A stretch of 64,000 bases of DNA. Source: Candidatus Jordarchaeales archaeon (lineage in GTDB: Archaea; Asgardarchaeota; Jordiarchaeia; Jordiarchaeales; Freyrarchaeaceae). Both the position numbers and the translations under genes were made by a program. The number at the start of each line of letters is the position of its first letter. The stretch's first letter is position 1. The notes beneath the pieces were generated by a model. The model did not search any database and was not told where the DNA came from. It was given only the letters and a program-made list of their open reading frames with translations. The DNA is taken from NCBI GenBank assembly GCA_038858525.1, contig JAWCFL010000001.1, positions 2,053 through 66,052 of the forward strand. Reading direction: 5' to 3'. Positions 1 through 10,077 of this stretch are shown here, piece by piece.

Positions 1-293
1 AAGATAACTCTTTTTTTCATAAACTTCTGGGAAAATACGGTGAAGCAAACGCCAACATCAAACTCTCTGGTGAAGTCTAGTCTTCCAGAATATCACACCA
101 GTCTAAAAACAGTTTGCCAGCTAGATGAAGATGAAAAAGCAAGTAACGTTCCAAGAAAGAGAAGGTTTACTTTGTTTATTTCGCCTACCGTTGTAAAATT
201 CATAGACGTTCATCCTTTCACCTCAATTTTTTAGAGGTTCATGGAAGGCATTCGCCGCCAACTGTAAAGGACGGCACATCGAGAGTTTCATGG

Positions 294-1240
294 TTATATT
301 CCAAGCGGCAACCAGATGTCTATATGCTTTGACGCCACATTTTTCTTACATATGAAGGCACGCCCATTCAACTTACTCACTTCGCCACATATCGGACATG
401 TCCTCGATGCGTCTTTAGCATCTACAAAATCAGATTTTAAACCATGCTCCATCACCTTTTAAGTAATGTAAGACTGCACCTTCCTGAAAAGATATGCTAT
501 GGCGCCTGTTCATTACCCGCCATACTTTATTCGATCCTCTAATGCCAGTAAGGTCTTATATCACTGGCTTTACATTCTCCTCTACCACTATGTTGGCTAT
601 AATCCTCGCGGCTTTATGAAGTATATAATTCACCTTCCTCCTTTCTCTCCCTGAATATTTTGCCAAAGATTTTTCCCCAGCCTTCCCCCTGAAGTCTTTG
701 CCTGAAAATTCCGCCTCTTTTTGAAATACCTATCCTTGATATGCTTCACCTCACTCACATAAATTTTCACAAACTTTACCTTTATCTAACTTCACTATCG
801 CCAAATCTATGCTCCCCTCATTTATGCCAATATTCAACATTCTCTGGCTTCTTCTCCTTAACCGCCTTCCTGAATGTTACCTTCAAAAAGATTTCATCCC
901 CTTTCCTCACAAACCTTGAACCTTTCACTTACCCAGCCTAAAACTTCTTCGCATGCTCATGAATCTCAAATGGCACAACTATGTGCCCCTCGTGAGTAGC
1001 CAATTTCAAATGCCCCCACGCAAAACAAAATAAATGCGAATCATCCAAAAAACCACATTTAAACCATTCATATCTGGAAGGCGAACCTTTTTTCTCTTCT
1101 TAGTAAGCCTCCTTTATTATAGTTGCCAATTACCCGTGTTATCATAGTGTAGATATAGTGTGAAGAAATCTTTCTATTTTGAAGCTGCTGACTAACTCTT
1201 CCATGGTATTCTAGTGTTCCCATTGAAAGAGTTACTCTGT
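294..1240 (-). pseudogene. Decayed IS200/IS605-family tnpB (OrfB) remnant, broken by multiple stops and frameshifts
   Basis: Minus-strand fragments in three frames translate to TnpB-like blocks. The TnpB core block reads ...FQKEAEFSGKDFRGKAGEKSLAKYSGRERRKVNYILHKAARIIANIVVEENVKP..., a RuvC-I-like block reads SIDLAIVKLDKGK, and a C-terminal Zn-ribbon fragment reads DAKDASRTCPICGEVSK...FICKK. No intact ORF; coordinates approximate. Confidence 0.45.
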
Positions 1241-1472
1241 CGATAAGCTTAGGGAGAAGTGATGCATCCTTCCATGATGAAGGATTTTTTGCTTATTATG
1301 ACGCATATTATGGAGGTTTCATTGATTCTCATAAATAACCTAATTCTTAAAAATCTATTTCAAAGCTCAAGCGAACAATTATTTAAAGCGTCTAAGCGGA
1401 GAAGTAACTTGCTCGAGCATCTTGATTCTTAAGTTATTTTATGCTCTATTTTTATTGTCAAGTGAACGTTCT

Positions 1473-3014
1473 TCATAAGGCGCCATCCCCTAAAACTCTA
1501 CCGAGAAGCATGCCTTCAACTCTAACTGGGATGAGAGATGAGGCTAGCTCGACAGCTTTGGAAAGTCTATACTCGCTTCCCGAGTGAATTTCCAGGAGTG
1601 CGTCGCCTTTAGATACCTTGTAGCCTCTCTTAAACCTCAGAACTATTCCGGCGCCTTTATCTGTTGGAGCACCAGCTGCTCTAGCTATTAGTTTCACGGC
1701 TTCATTGTCAACATCCACGACGTACCCGTCGTTCTCAGCTTTAACCACCGCGACGTATTCTCCAATGGGAACGTCATCTGGTTTGATGTGTGGGTTTCCT
1801 CCTTGAGCGTCTATTATTTCTTTCATTTTTATAAGCGCCTTACCACTCCTAAGAATATCCTTAGCGATGACTTGTCCCTGACCAACTTCAGCTTTTCCAC
1901 TCATCTCAAGAAGGATGCCCGATAGTGATACAGCTTTTTCGACCAAGCTCATCGGTCCTCCACCCATTAACGCCTCCAACGCCTCCCTTGCCTCTAAAGC
2001 TGGGCCAACAGTATACCCCACCGGTTGTCCCCCATACGTGATTCCACACTGAACGTTGATGCCCAGTTTTCCACCTATTTTTATAAATTTAGCAGCTAGT
2101 TCTTCTGCATCTGCCTTGCTCTGTGCCTTGCACCCTCTCCCGATCGGTATATCAAGAACCATATTGTCCACGCCTACAGCGAGCTTTTTTGCCAAAATGC
2201 TAGCTATCATCTGAGGAAGGGGGTCAATCATCAGGGGATGCTCCACCCTGATTATAATGTCATCAACAGGTGCTATGTTTAACCCGCCACCCCAAACGAT
2301 TGCTCCCCTTACACGTTCGACGATCTCCTTAAATTCCTCGACAGTAAAGATTACTGGTGCTAAAACTTCCATAGTATCCGCAGTTCCGCTTGGGCTTGTA
2401 ATGGCCTTACTGCTGGTCTTGGGAATGAGGAGTCCCGAGGCGGCTACTATGGGAACTATTAGAAGGCTTACCTTGTTTCCAGGAACGCCGCCAACAGAGT
2501 GCTTATCGTATGTTTTTTCTTTAAAGTGCAGTCTTTCTCCACTTTCAGCCATGGAAACAGTTAAGGCTTCTATTTCTCTGTCGCTCATTCCTTTAAAGTG
2601 CTGCGCCAAAACGAACGCTGCAATTTCGGCGGAACTTAGTTCTCCCTTAACTATGCTTTGTATTATGGAAGATACTTCATTATAATTCAGCTCTTCACCT
2701 CTCATTTTCTTTCTTACATGCTCTAAGGCAGGATGAGAGGTCACTATTTCTAGAACTGCTTGCTCCCCGCCTGATACTCCTAGAAGCTTAACTAAACTTC
2801 CGCAGACACCTATCTCGCCTCGCGCCACTAAGGATCTTGAGAGGGACACGTTAGCTATCGCCTCACGCTTATCAACTTTAACTCTAACATGGTTTCCCAG
2901 AGCAACATGAAGTTCTTCGGCATCATCTGTATTCATAATAATGGTTGAGTTTTCAAAGTCAAGGTCTAAGACGCGCACTTCAAAAAGCTTCAAAAATGTA
3001 ACCTCCAATGCCAT
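1473..3014 (-). CDS. deoA: AMP phosphorylase (archaeal thymidine-phosphorylase family, extra N-terminal domain)
   Basis: 513 aa; pyrimidine-nucleoside phosphorylase fold motifs (KHSVGGVPGNK, TSSKAITSPSGTADT, GGG...); the length and N-terminal extension fit archaeal AMPpase. Confidence 0.8.
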   Translation of the reverse strand: MALEVTFLKLFEVRVLDLDFENSTIIMNTDDAEELHVALGNHVRVKVDKREAIANVSLSRSLVARGEIGVCGSLVKLLGVSGGEQAVLEIVTSHPALEHVRKKMRGEELNYNEVSSIIQSIVKGELSSAEIAAFVLAQHFKGMSDREIEALTVSMAESGERLHFKEKTYDKHSVGGVPGNKVSLLIVPIVAASGLLIPKTSSKAITSPSGTADTMEVLAPVIFTVEEFKEIVERVRGAIVWGGGLNIAPVDDIIIRVEHPLMIDPLPQMIASILAKKLAVGVDNMVLDIPIGRGCKAQSKADAEELAAKFIKIGGKLGINVQCGITYGGQPVGYTVGPALEAREALEALMGGGPMSLVEKAVSLSGILLEMSGKAEVGQGQVIAKDILRSGKALIKMKEIIDAQGGNPHIKPDDVPIGEYVAVVKAENDGYVVDVDNEAVKLIARAAGAPTDKGAGIVLRFKRGYKVSKGDALLEIHSGSEYRLSKAVELASSLIPVRVEGMLLGRVLGDGAL

Positions 3015-3142
3015 TTAACACGAGGTTTACAGAATTATTAACGCTTCTTTCTTGAATTTGTAGCGTGCATTCAAGTCATATATTACTAACTCTTTTAGGG
3101 TGAGTTAAGCAAGGTATTTAATGACGGCGGGAAGACATTTTC

Positions 3143-4915
3143 ATGATAAAGGGGGGGCGCCTCAACATGTTGTTTTCAAAAATAGCGGATTTCTATGAGA
3201 AAATAGAGGCTACAACGAAACGGCTAGAAATGATAGACCTCCTTGTTAACCTTTTCTCGGAAACTCCGCGAGATATAATCGACAAGGTGGTTTATCTAAC
3301 TACGGGTAGGCTCTACCCGTTATTTGTTCCAGTAGAGCTAGGGGTATCTGAGAAACTGGCTATGAGGAGTATTGCCATGGTTGCCGGCGTCTCTCCTAAG
3401 GAAGTAGAAGGTGCCCTTAAGGAGACAGGCGACTTAGGATTGGTTGCTGAGGCATTTATGAAAAAGAAGAGACAGGCATCCCTGTTTCATAAGCCATTAA
3501 CTGTTGAGACAGTTTATGAGACGCTGGATAAGATAGCGAGGGAGAGCGGAGAGGGCTCGGTGGAAGCAAAATTAAAACATCTTTCTAAGCTATTACTTGA
3601 CGGCACACCTAAGGAAGACAAATACATTATAAGGATAGTTATTGGTACACTCCGCCTTGGCATAGCAGATTACACCATTCTTGATGCACTGGCTGTGGCG
3701 TTTACTGGATCAAGAGATAATAGACCGGTTCTTGAAAGAGCATACAATATAACTTCAGACTTAGGATTAGTAGCTAAAGTGGCTGCAACCGAGGGGCTTG
3801 AATCTCTTCGAAACTTTAAGGTCACCGTTGGAAAACCGGTCAGAATGATGCTTGCACAAAGAGCCTCATCACCGGAAGAGATTTTGGAGCGTATGGGTGG
3901 TCGTTGTTCAGCTGAATATAAACTCGATGGGGAACGAATGCAGATTCACAAGGACGGGGACAAAGTAGACATTTTCTCCAGAAGACTTGAAAACATAACA
4001 TACCAGTATCCTGACATAGTCAAGCTTATAGTGGAAAACCTGACTGTGAAAAGAGCAATAATTGAGGGAGAATGCGTAGCCATAAACCCTGACACTGGGG
4101 AAATGCTACCTTTCCAACAATTGATGAGAAGGAGAAGAGTTTATGGAATTGAGGAGGCAATGGAGAAGTATCCAGCCATGATATATCTTTTTGATGCACT
4201 TTTAATCGAGGACGAGGATCTTACAGGAAAACCTTATCCTGAACGCAGAAGAAGACTTGCAGAAATAACGCGTGAAAACGAGCGAATAAAACTGGTTAAA
4301 GCTGAGATTCTTGATAACGTAGAGGCAATAGAGAGATTTTTCGACGCCGCGGTTGAGGATGGTTGCGAGGGCATAATGGCAAAATCAATCCAACAAGACT
4401 CAATATATGAAGCGGGGAGCAGAGGATACAAGTGGCTTAAATTTAAGCGGGAGTATAAAACAGAGATGACTGACACAATAGATGCGGTCATAGTGGGGGC
4501 TTATATGGGTAAAGGAAGACGAGCCGGGTCATATGGAGCACTGCTAGTTGCCGTCTATGATGATGACTCGGATACCTTTAAGACGATTTGTAAGGTTGGA
4601 ACTGGGTTTAGCGATGAAGAGCTGGAAAGCCTTCCAGAGATGCTTAAACCGTACCAGATGGCGCATAAGCATCCAAGGGTGGATTCGAAGCTAAAAGCAG
4701 ACGTTTGGTTTACTCCCGCTAAGGTCATTGAAATAATTGGAGCTGAGTTGACGGTAAGCCAAGTGCACACTTGCGCTTTGGGATACGTTAAGGAAGACAG
4801 CGGGATAGCTATTAGATTTCCAAGGTTTACTGGCAAATGGAGAGACGACAAGGGGCCAGAAGAGGCGACAACGGTGAGAGAAATAATCGAAATGTATGAG
4901 CAACAGAAAAAATAA
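3143..4915 (+). CDS. lig: ATP-dependent DNA ligase
   Basis: 590 aa; adenylation motif AEYKLDGERMQIH (KxDG), OB-fold C-terminus, typical N-terminus MLFSKIADFYEKIE (the true start may be the M at 3167). Confidence 0.93.
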   Translation: MIKGGRLNMLFSKIADFYEKIEATTKRLEMIDLLVNLFSETPRDIIDKVVYLTTGRLYPLFVPVELGVSEKLAMRSIAMVAGVSPKEVEGALKETGDLGLVAEAFMKKKRQASLFHKPLTVETVYETLDKIARESGEGSVEAKLKHLSKLLLDGTPKEDKYIIRIVIGTLRLGIADYTILDALAVAFTGSRDNRPVLERAYNITSDLGLVAKVAATEGLESLRNFKVTVGKPVRMMLAQRASSPEEILERMGGRCSAEYKLDGERMQIHKDGDKVDIFSRRLENITYQYPDIVKLIVENLTVKRAIIEGECVAINPDTGEMLPFQQLMRRRRVYGIEEAMEKYPAMIYLFDALLIEDEDLTGKPYPERRRRLAEITRENERIKLVKAEILDNVEAIERFFDAAVEDGCEGIMAKSIQQDSIYEAGSRGYKWLKFKREYKTEMTDTIDAVIVGAYMGKGRRAGSYGALLVAVYDDDSDTFKTICKVGTGFSDEELESLPEMLKPYQMAHKHPRVDSKLKADVWFTPAKVIEIIGAELTVSQVHTCALGYVKEDSGIAIRFPRFTGKWRDDKGPEEATTVREIIEMYEQQKK

Positions 4916-5085
4916 GTGAAGGAAGGAATCTAAAGTAATATAAGTATTTTTGATTAATGCATAAGTTTGTTAAGTTTTTAAAAAATAGGAGAGGAGTATG
5001 TGATTATGTGTTGCAAAAATTTTTAATAGCGTTAAAGATATAACTATTAGGGGAACAGTTTTTTTATTGAAACTCATGTAAGAGG

Positions 5086-5490
5086 TTGTTAGCTTTGTCC
5101 GTCGAACAAATAATTGCCGTTATAAATGAGCTTATTTCAGCCAATGAAAACGTAACTGCGGCAGCAGTTCTGACGAACGATGGACGTGTAATATATCAAA
5201 CGGAAAATTGGGACGTTAGAGGGGACGCTACGAGCTTAATTTCTGCTTGGAGGGAAAAGGCGCCAGCAATATCAGTTCAAGGCATCAAGTACTCTGTTCT
5301 CCAATCGACCGAGGAAAGACTTGTTGCAACAAACGTAAGCGGACTTGGACATATAATAATGGCGACAATACAGTACCGCGGCGTTCTGTTGGCATATGTG
5401 TCGCCTCAAGGCGATACTGGCGGAAGTTACGTGGATGTTAGCCGGGCAGCCATGAGACTTGTTCCAGTACTTCAAGCCATGGGTTACTAA
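5086..5490 (+). CDS. Roadblock/LC7 (MglB-like) domain protein, TTG start
   Basis: 134 aa; pattern ...VTAAAVLTNDGRVIYQ...RLVATNVSGLGHIIMA...GVLLAYVSPQ typical of the Roadblock/LC7 fold. Confidence 0.6.
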   Translation: MLALSVEQIIAVINELISANENVTAAAVLTNDGRVIYQTENWDVRGDATSLISAWREKAPAISVQGIKYSVLQSTEERLVATNVSGLGHIIMATIQYRGVLLAYVSPQGDTGGSYVDVSRAAMRLVPVLQAMGY

Positions 5491-5529
5491 ACACGAATTA
5501 AAGTTTAACCTTCTTTCTCTTTTCTTCTA

Positions 5530-6207
5530 CTAATAGATTCTCCTGATCAATCGCACTTCTTCACTTTCCAAATCGTAATCTACAAGTTTGGCGTTAACTA
5601 AGTCATGGATGCTTTTTAAGATCACTGCTGGCTGGAAGCCGGCGGCTTCAGTTATTTCTTTACGTTTCATAATGTTTTTAGCCCCATGAAGTAGATATAG
5701 GATTTTAGCGTGAGGCTGCCCGCCGAAAACGTCCTCAAGCAGTGTGATGTAGATCGAGAGAAGCTGTCTTACATCTTCAATTTCTTCTTTCTCCTTAGTT
5801 ATCTCTCGGTACATTTTTGATATTCTTGAAAGCTGCTCTCTTATCGAGTTTAGCTCCTCTTCAAGCTTGTTCTTCTCTTTCAAAACTCTAGTTAGTTCTT
5901 CATCTTTTGTAGCTACTGCTTCTTTAGCCGCCTCTAATGCTTTTTCTGTTTTTGCCAGATTTTCCTTAACAATTTCAACCTCTTTTTGCAGTCCATCAAT
6001 ATCTAACTTCATTTTGTTCGATTCTTCTTCTTTAGTTTTTAACATATAATTAAGCCGGCTTATTTCCATATTTTTCTCTTCTATTTCCCTCTCTCTCGAC
6101 GCTAGAACTCGCGTTATCTCAGCTACTTTATGAGTAATAGACTCCATTCTCCCGCAGATTTCTTTTAGTAAAGCATTAACGTCACTCATCTCCTCCATTA
6201 TTCCCAT
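5530..6207 (-). CDS. Coiled-coil protein with C-terminal winged-helix domain
   Basis: 225 aa; about 150 residues of heptad-rich, Lys/Glu-rich sequence, followed by ...PHAKILYLLHGAKNIMKRKEITEAAGFQPAVILKSIHDLVNAKLV (wHTH-like). Confidence 0.55.
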   Translation of the reverse strand: MGIMEEMSDVNALLKEICGRMESITHKVAEITRVLASREREIEEKNMEISRLNYMLKTKEEESNKMKLDIDGLQKEVEIVKENLAKTEKALEAAKEAVATKDEELTRVLKEKNKLEEELNSIREQLSRISKMYREITKEKEEIEDVRQLLSIYITLLEDVFGGQPHAKILYLLHGAKNIMKRKEITEAAGFQPAVILKSIHDLVNAKLVDYDLESEEVRLIRRIY

Positions 6208-6341
6208 GGATTCCCCTCCTGAGGACTTTTCATGACCACTATTTTCTTTTTAGAGAATCACGTATTAACTCTTTTCGAAATTTTTAAAGGGATTTTAATG
6301 CTTAGGAACGATCAGAGAAATACGATAGGCTGGGGGGCACG

Positions 6342-7256
6342 ATGGAGGATAGCATAAGAGAGGTTATGGAGAAAGTAATCGGGGAAAGTATTCAGAGAAG
6401 CATAGAGCCGTTTATGCGTGCACTGCTTAAAAGCATCAAATTAGTTAAGGACGAAATTGATTCCATAGGAGGCGAACTAGAAACATACTCCAAAGAATCC
6501 TCAGGCCGTCTAAGTGACCTTTCAAAGATTCTCCAATCGATCTATGAGCGCATACAAGAGCTTAAAGCAGCACAAGGTGAAAGGGAACTACAACTATCGA
6601 TGGTCTCATCCTTAAGTCAGCAAGGAGATTTAGAAGCTATAATTGAACGAAAAGTTAAGGCGATTATTGAGCCTATAGGAAGGGCTATGCAGAAAATTTT
6701 AGACCAACAAATTGCATTATTAGATAATATTGAAAAGGTAATCGAGACATTAAAGAATATTGAAGAAAAAAGCGGTTTCGGATCTAAATTGATTTCAGGA
6801 GCTCTTTCATTACCTTTAGCGGAAGAACGCGAGGAGAGTAAAACAGAGGAAGACACAACTGTAGATAACTCCAAAGGAGTTCTTTTTTCCCAGTTAGAAG
6901 AAGCCGTAAAAAGTCTTTCAGGAGAAATGAAGATTGTAGAAGCTAAAGAAGGAGAAACTTTGGAACTTAAGGAGAGCGGCGTTGATATAAAAAAGGAAGT
7001 TGAAGAAGAGATTACGGAAGAAGGCGCAGCGGCATTTGAGCAGGCTTCAAAGGAGACGCCTACGGTCGTTGAAGAGCTAACACTTGACAAGTTACAAGAA
7101 AGAGTGGCAGAGATAGATAGAGAGATAACAGATCTGACTTTTGATAGAATGAGAGGAATTTTAAGTGAGGCTGAATACCAAGAAAAGAAAGCTAACTTGA
7201 TGAAGGAAAAGGAGGAGTTGAAGAAGAAAATTGAAGAAGTGGCCTCTAAGGTATAA
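6342..7256 (+). CDS. Acidic coiled-coil protein (unknown function)
   Basis: 304 aa, strongly Glu/Lys-rich with heptad periodicity and no recognisable enzymatic motif. Confidence 0.5.
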   Translation: MEDSIREVMEKVIGESIQRSIEPFMRALLKSIKLVKDEIDSIGGELETYSKESSGRLSDLSKILQSIYERIQELKAAQGERELQLSMVSSLSQQGDLEAIIERKVKAIIEPIGRAMQKILDQQIALLDNIEKVIETLKNIEEKSGFGSKLISGALSLPLAEEREESKTEEDTTVDNSKGVLFSQLEEAVKSLSGEMKIVEAKEGETLELKESGVDIKKEVEEEITEEGAAAFEQASKETPTVVEELTLDKLQERVAEIDREITDLTFDRMRGILSEAEYQEKKANLMKEKEELKKKIEEVASKV

Positions 7257-7271
7257 GAGAGGAAAGGTTCT

Positions 7272-7577
7272 TTGTATTTTAAGCGGGGGGACTGCTTGGA
7301 CTTGGAGAAGCTTAAAGACGTCTGGGAGTACTACCCTACCTATTCTGTAGATAGAAGTGGTAAGAAAGTGCTGATTATACATGCCTATGCTTCCCTTAAA
7401 AATCTTGGAAAGTTTAATATTCAAAGCGAAGAGCAGATTAAGAAGTTGTGGATTTCAGCTCTTTCTAACGTCTCTTCTTTAGATAAGAAGGCGCTTAATG
7501 ATTCTCTGTTTGAGGTAAGAATTGAGGGAGGGGAAGTTGAGGTCAGAGTAGTTATTCCTCAAGACTACGTGAAATAG
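7272..7577 (+). CDS. Hypothetical small protein
   Basis: 101-aa ORF between two same-strand genes; no motif recognised. Confidence 0.35.
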   Translation: MYFKRGDCLDLEKLKDVWEYYPTYSVDRSGKKVLIIHAYASLKNLGKFNIQSEEQIKKLWISALSNVSSLDKKALNDSLFEVRIEGGEVEVRVVIPQDYVK

Positions 7578-7591
7578 CTTGAAAGGTAAGG

Positions 7592-8209
7592 GTGAGAAGG
7601 GCTTTGATTCATATGGTTTATGTTATAGATGAGAAAAGTGGGATAAACCTCCTTTTCCGAAAGTATGGGGAATTAGAAATGGATGAGGTTCTTATGTCAG
7701 GATTTCTAACTGCCATCAAACATTTCTCATCTGAATTTAAAAAGGACGAACCGGATACTATTCAAGAAATAGAGATGAAGACGTATAAAATAGTTTATGC
7801 TTCTGACAAAGGCATTCTTGTGGCTGCAGTATCAAACTATGACGACAGCACACCAATAATTAGAAAAGCGCTATTAACGCTCGCGTCTCGCTTCTCTGAG
7901 GAGTATGGAAAAATTCTTAAGAGCTGGCACGGAGATACATCAATTTTCTCAGAGTTTACCGCAGAAATTGATAAGATACTTATGGATGGACGGGTTGGAG
8001 AGGGCGTTAAGAGACCAAAGCTAAAGACCAAACTCATGACAAGCATGGTTAGAATGGGATTCATAAGCGAGAAAGCATTTAGAGTGGGTGAGTTATGTGA
8101 CGGAAAACGAACAAAGGAAACTATTGCAGATGAGCTCGGAATGCCAATTGAAGAAGTTATTGAAGCGATAAGGGAACTTGAAAGAAAAAAGCTTATAGAG
8201 TGGCGTTAA
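7592..8209 (+). CDS. Longin/roadblock-like N-terminal domain protein with C-terminal winged helix
   Basis: 205 aa (the likely start is M8 at 7613). N-terminus VYVIDEKSGINLLFRKYG...VLMSGFLTAIKHFSSEF...ILVAAVSNYDD has a longin/roadblock-like a/b pattern; C-terminus ...KRTKETIADELGMPIEEVIEAIRELERKKLIEW is wHTH-like. Confidence 0.45.
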   Translation: MRRALIHMVYVIDEKSGINLLFRKYGELEMDEVLMSGFLTAIKHFSSEFKKDEPDTIQEIEMKTYKIVYASDKGILVAAVSNYDDSTPIIRKALLTLASRFSEEYGKILKSWHGDTSIFSEFTAEIDKILMDGRVGEGVKRPKLKTKLMTSMVRMGFISEKAFRVGELCDGKRTKETIADELGMPIEEVIEAIRELERKKLIEWR

Positions 8210-8244
8210 AAAGGCATATCTGGTTTTGAGGTGACCTTTTAGCA

Positions 8245-9135
8245 TCATTCGGCTTCATACTGCACCCCGGAGGTTATTAGGACCAAAGCTACTATTACTA
8301 TTATAGGCGCGATAAAGATCGCTATTTCTCCTAGAACAGATTTAATAATAGCAGCCTGCAAAGTCCGGCCTACATAATAGGATATAAAACCGATTCCTAG
8401 AAGTAAGGCCTTTCGTCTTATAACACCTACACTATTCCAAGCTACATAGAAAAATAGCAAAGGTATAAAGACTGAATATAATGAAGCTAAGACATAGTTT
8501 ATGGTTAAATATATTGCTCCGCTTGGCTGATATGTAATGACCCATTTTGTTGGAAACAAGGGGCTGAACGGATCAAAGCCAAGCCAGAACAGCGCTTCAT
8601 AACCGTCTATTTGGATTTGTGGTATAAAGAAGGGGATTTCATTTATGTTATAACCAAAAAGAACGTCTCCTGGAAGGAAAAGTAAGGAGACGCCTGCGAA
8701 TAGTGGGGGTAAATGTAGTGTTCGCCTAAGCCATTTGTTCTCAAGCCAAACGTATGCAATTCCCAGAGATATAAATGAGACACTAAGCCATTCCCAAAAG
8801 GACGCTATACGCCAGTTTAAAGTGTTATATATAATGAGCGCTTCGACAAACGATGGATACGGAGTTGATGCGGCAGATAAGCTTAAAGTTAGAGGAATTA
8901 TTGTTGGCTTATCATAAAAGTCGTATAACAGGAAAAAAACTCTGCCTATTGCAAGAGTTATAAAGAAGAGTGCAAGCATAAGATTAAAGAAGTTCTTGTC
9001 TTTCCTCCACTTGAATAAGGCAAGATATATGAAAAGGAGGAAGTAGTATCCTATTACCGTAAACCATAACCCTATTGTAAATGTGTAAGGAATGTATTGA
9101 GCTGGAATCATTCTTCTCACATCCTTTTTCCTCAA
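8245..9135 (-). CDS. Polytopic integral membrane protein (unknown)
   Basis: 296 aa with about 8 hydrophobic spans. Confidence 0.5.
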   Translation of the reverse strand: MRKKDVRRMIPAQYIPYTFTIGLWFTVIGYYFLLFIYLALFKWRKDKNFFNLMLALFFITLAIGRVFFLLYDFYDKPTIIPLTLSLSAASTPYPSFVEALIIYNTLNWRIASFWEWLSVSFISLGIAYVWLENKWLRRTLHLPPLFAGVSLLFLPGDVLFGYNINEIPFFIPQIQIDGYEALFWLGFDPFSPLFPTKWVITYQPSGAIYLTINYVLASLYSVFIPLLFFYVAWNSVGVIRRKALLLGIGFISYYVGRTLQAAIIKSVLGEIAIFIAPIIVIVALVLITSGVQYEAE

Positions 9136-9192
9136 AAAAGTAGGGAGACATGATTTTTATAAGTATTTATATTTTCATCTTGAATAATTCAA

Positions 9193-10035
9193 ATGTTGAT
9201 TGGGGGTTTTATGCGATATATTATTGGCGTGTCTTCAGGATGTTTTCTGCATAGAGGAGACGGGTACGTTTTGCGGAAGAGTATTCCGGCAAAGTTTAGA
9301 AAGTGCTGGTTTGAATTGCAAATTGGGAGAGGTTACTTCTTTGAAGATTTCGAGAAAGTTATTACAGTTCACTTGCCATTCCGCGAATATCATGTTGCTT
9401 ATAAAGGCGATATGAAGTTATTCTTAGAGGGAAGGGACGTTAACATAGCTACGCTGGATCGTGAATTGAGGAATTTTTGGCTGAAAAAGTTCATAGAAAT
9501 TACTTCTGAGGCTGCATCTAGAGATGTGAGAGCGGCGGTGCTACATTATGGCGGTTGTGATTGTCAGAGTGGGTTAAATGATGAGCATAGGAAGAGGCAT
9601 TGGAAGGCTGAGGCGTCATTTCTAAAGCGGCTTTCAGTCTTCTGTGATGATGTGGGCGTGAAACTTTTAGTGGAAAACCACCCTTATGACGACACAGTTT
9701 TTTTGAGTCATTTAGAACATATGAAGGCTATAATTGACAATGGGTTCGCTCAGATCTGTTTAGACCTCCCTCATGCATACTACAGAGAGTTCAGAGGCGA
9801 AACTAGCGTTGAGATGCTAGTAAGCTCACTTAAGGACGAAATCCTAGAAGTACATTTAGCTGATGGAAACGGTTTAAATCATGCTCCTCTTCAATTAGGA
9901 GAAGGGGGTATGGAAGTTGAGGCCATACTGCAACAGCTAGGTAAAACAGAGATTTTCATAATAGAATTGAGAGAGGATCCTTCGCCCTCGCTTGAAACAG
10001 CTAAGAAAATTCTTAGGAAACTTCGTTCGTCATGA
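9193..10035 (+). CDS. Sugar-phosphate isomerase/epimerase, xylose-isomerase-like TIM barrel
   Basis: 280 aa; LLVENHP...HLEHMK...ICLDLPHAY...EVHLADGNG motifs of AP-endonuclease-2/xylose-isomerase-like TIM barrels; the start may be the M at 9211. Confidence 0.6.
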   Translation: MLIGGFMRYIIGVSSGCFLHRGDGYVLRKSIPAKFRKCWFELQIGRGYFFEDFEKVITVHLPFREYHVAYKGDMKLFLEGRDVNIATLDRELRNFWLKKFIEITSEAASRDVRAAVLHYGGCDCQSGLNDEHRKRHWKAEASFLKRLSVFCDDVGVKLLVENHPYDDTVFLSHLEHMKAIIDNGFAQICLDLPHAYYREFRGETSVEMLVSSLKDEILEVHLADGNGLNHAPLQLGEGGMEVEAILQQLGKTEIFIIELREDPSPSLETAKKILRKLRSS

Positions 10036-10077
10036 AAGTCTAAGACGACTAAGAGGTCATGAATTATTTGTTTTTAA

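Noticed and set aside
40-941. Two short plus-strand ORFs (64 and 66 aa) at the window start
   Set aside because: They lie over the tnpB remnant on the opposite strand; no motifs, low-complexity.
2257-2685. 142-aa plus-strand ORF inside the AMP phosphorylase gene
   Set aside because: Antisense to a well-supported gene; Ser/Thr/Leu-rich shadow ORF. The same applies to 4234-4903, 6617-7090, 14254-15395, 18380-22021 (minus), 31530-32337, 32548-33072, 45274-46383, 47248-48319, 52196-53653, 57401-58233.
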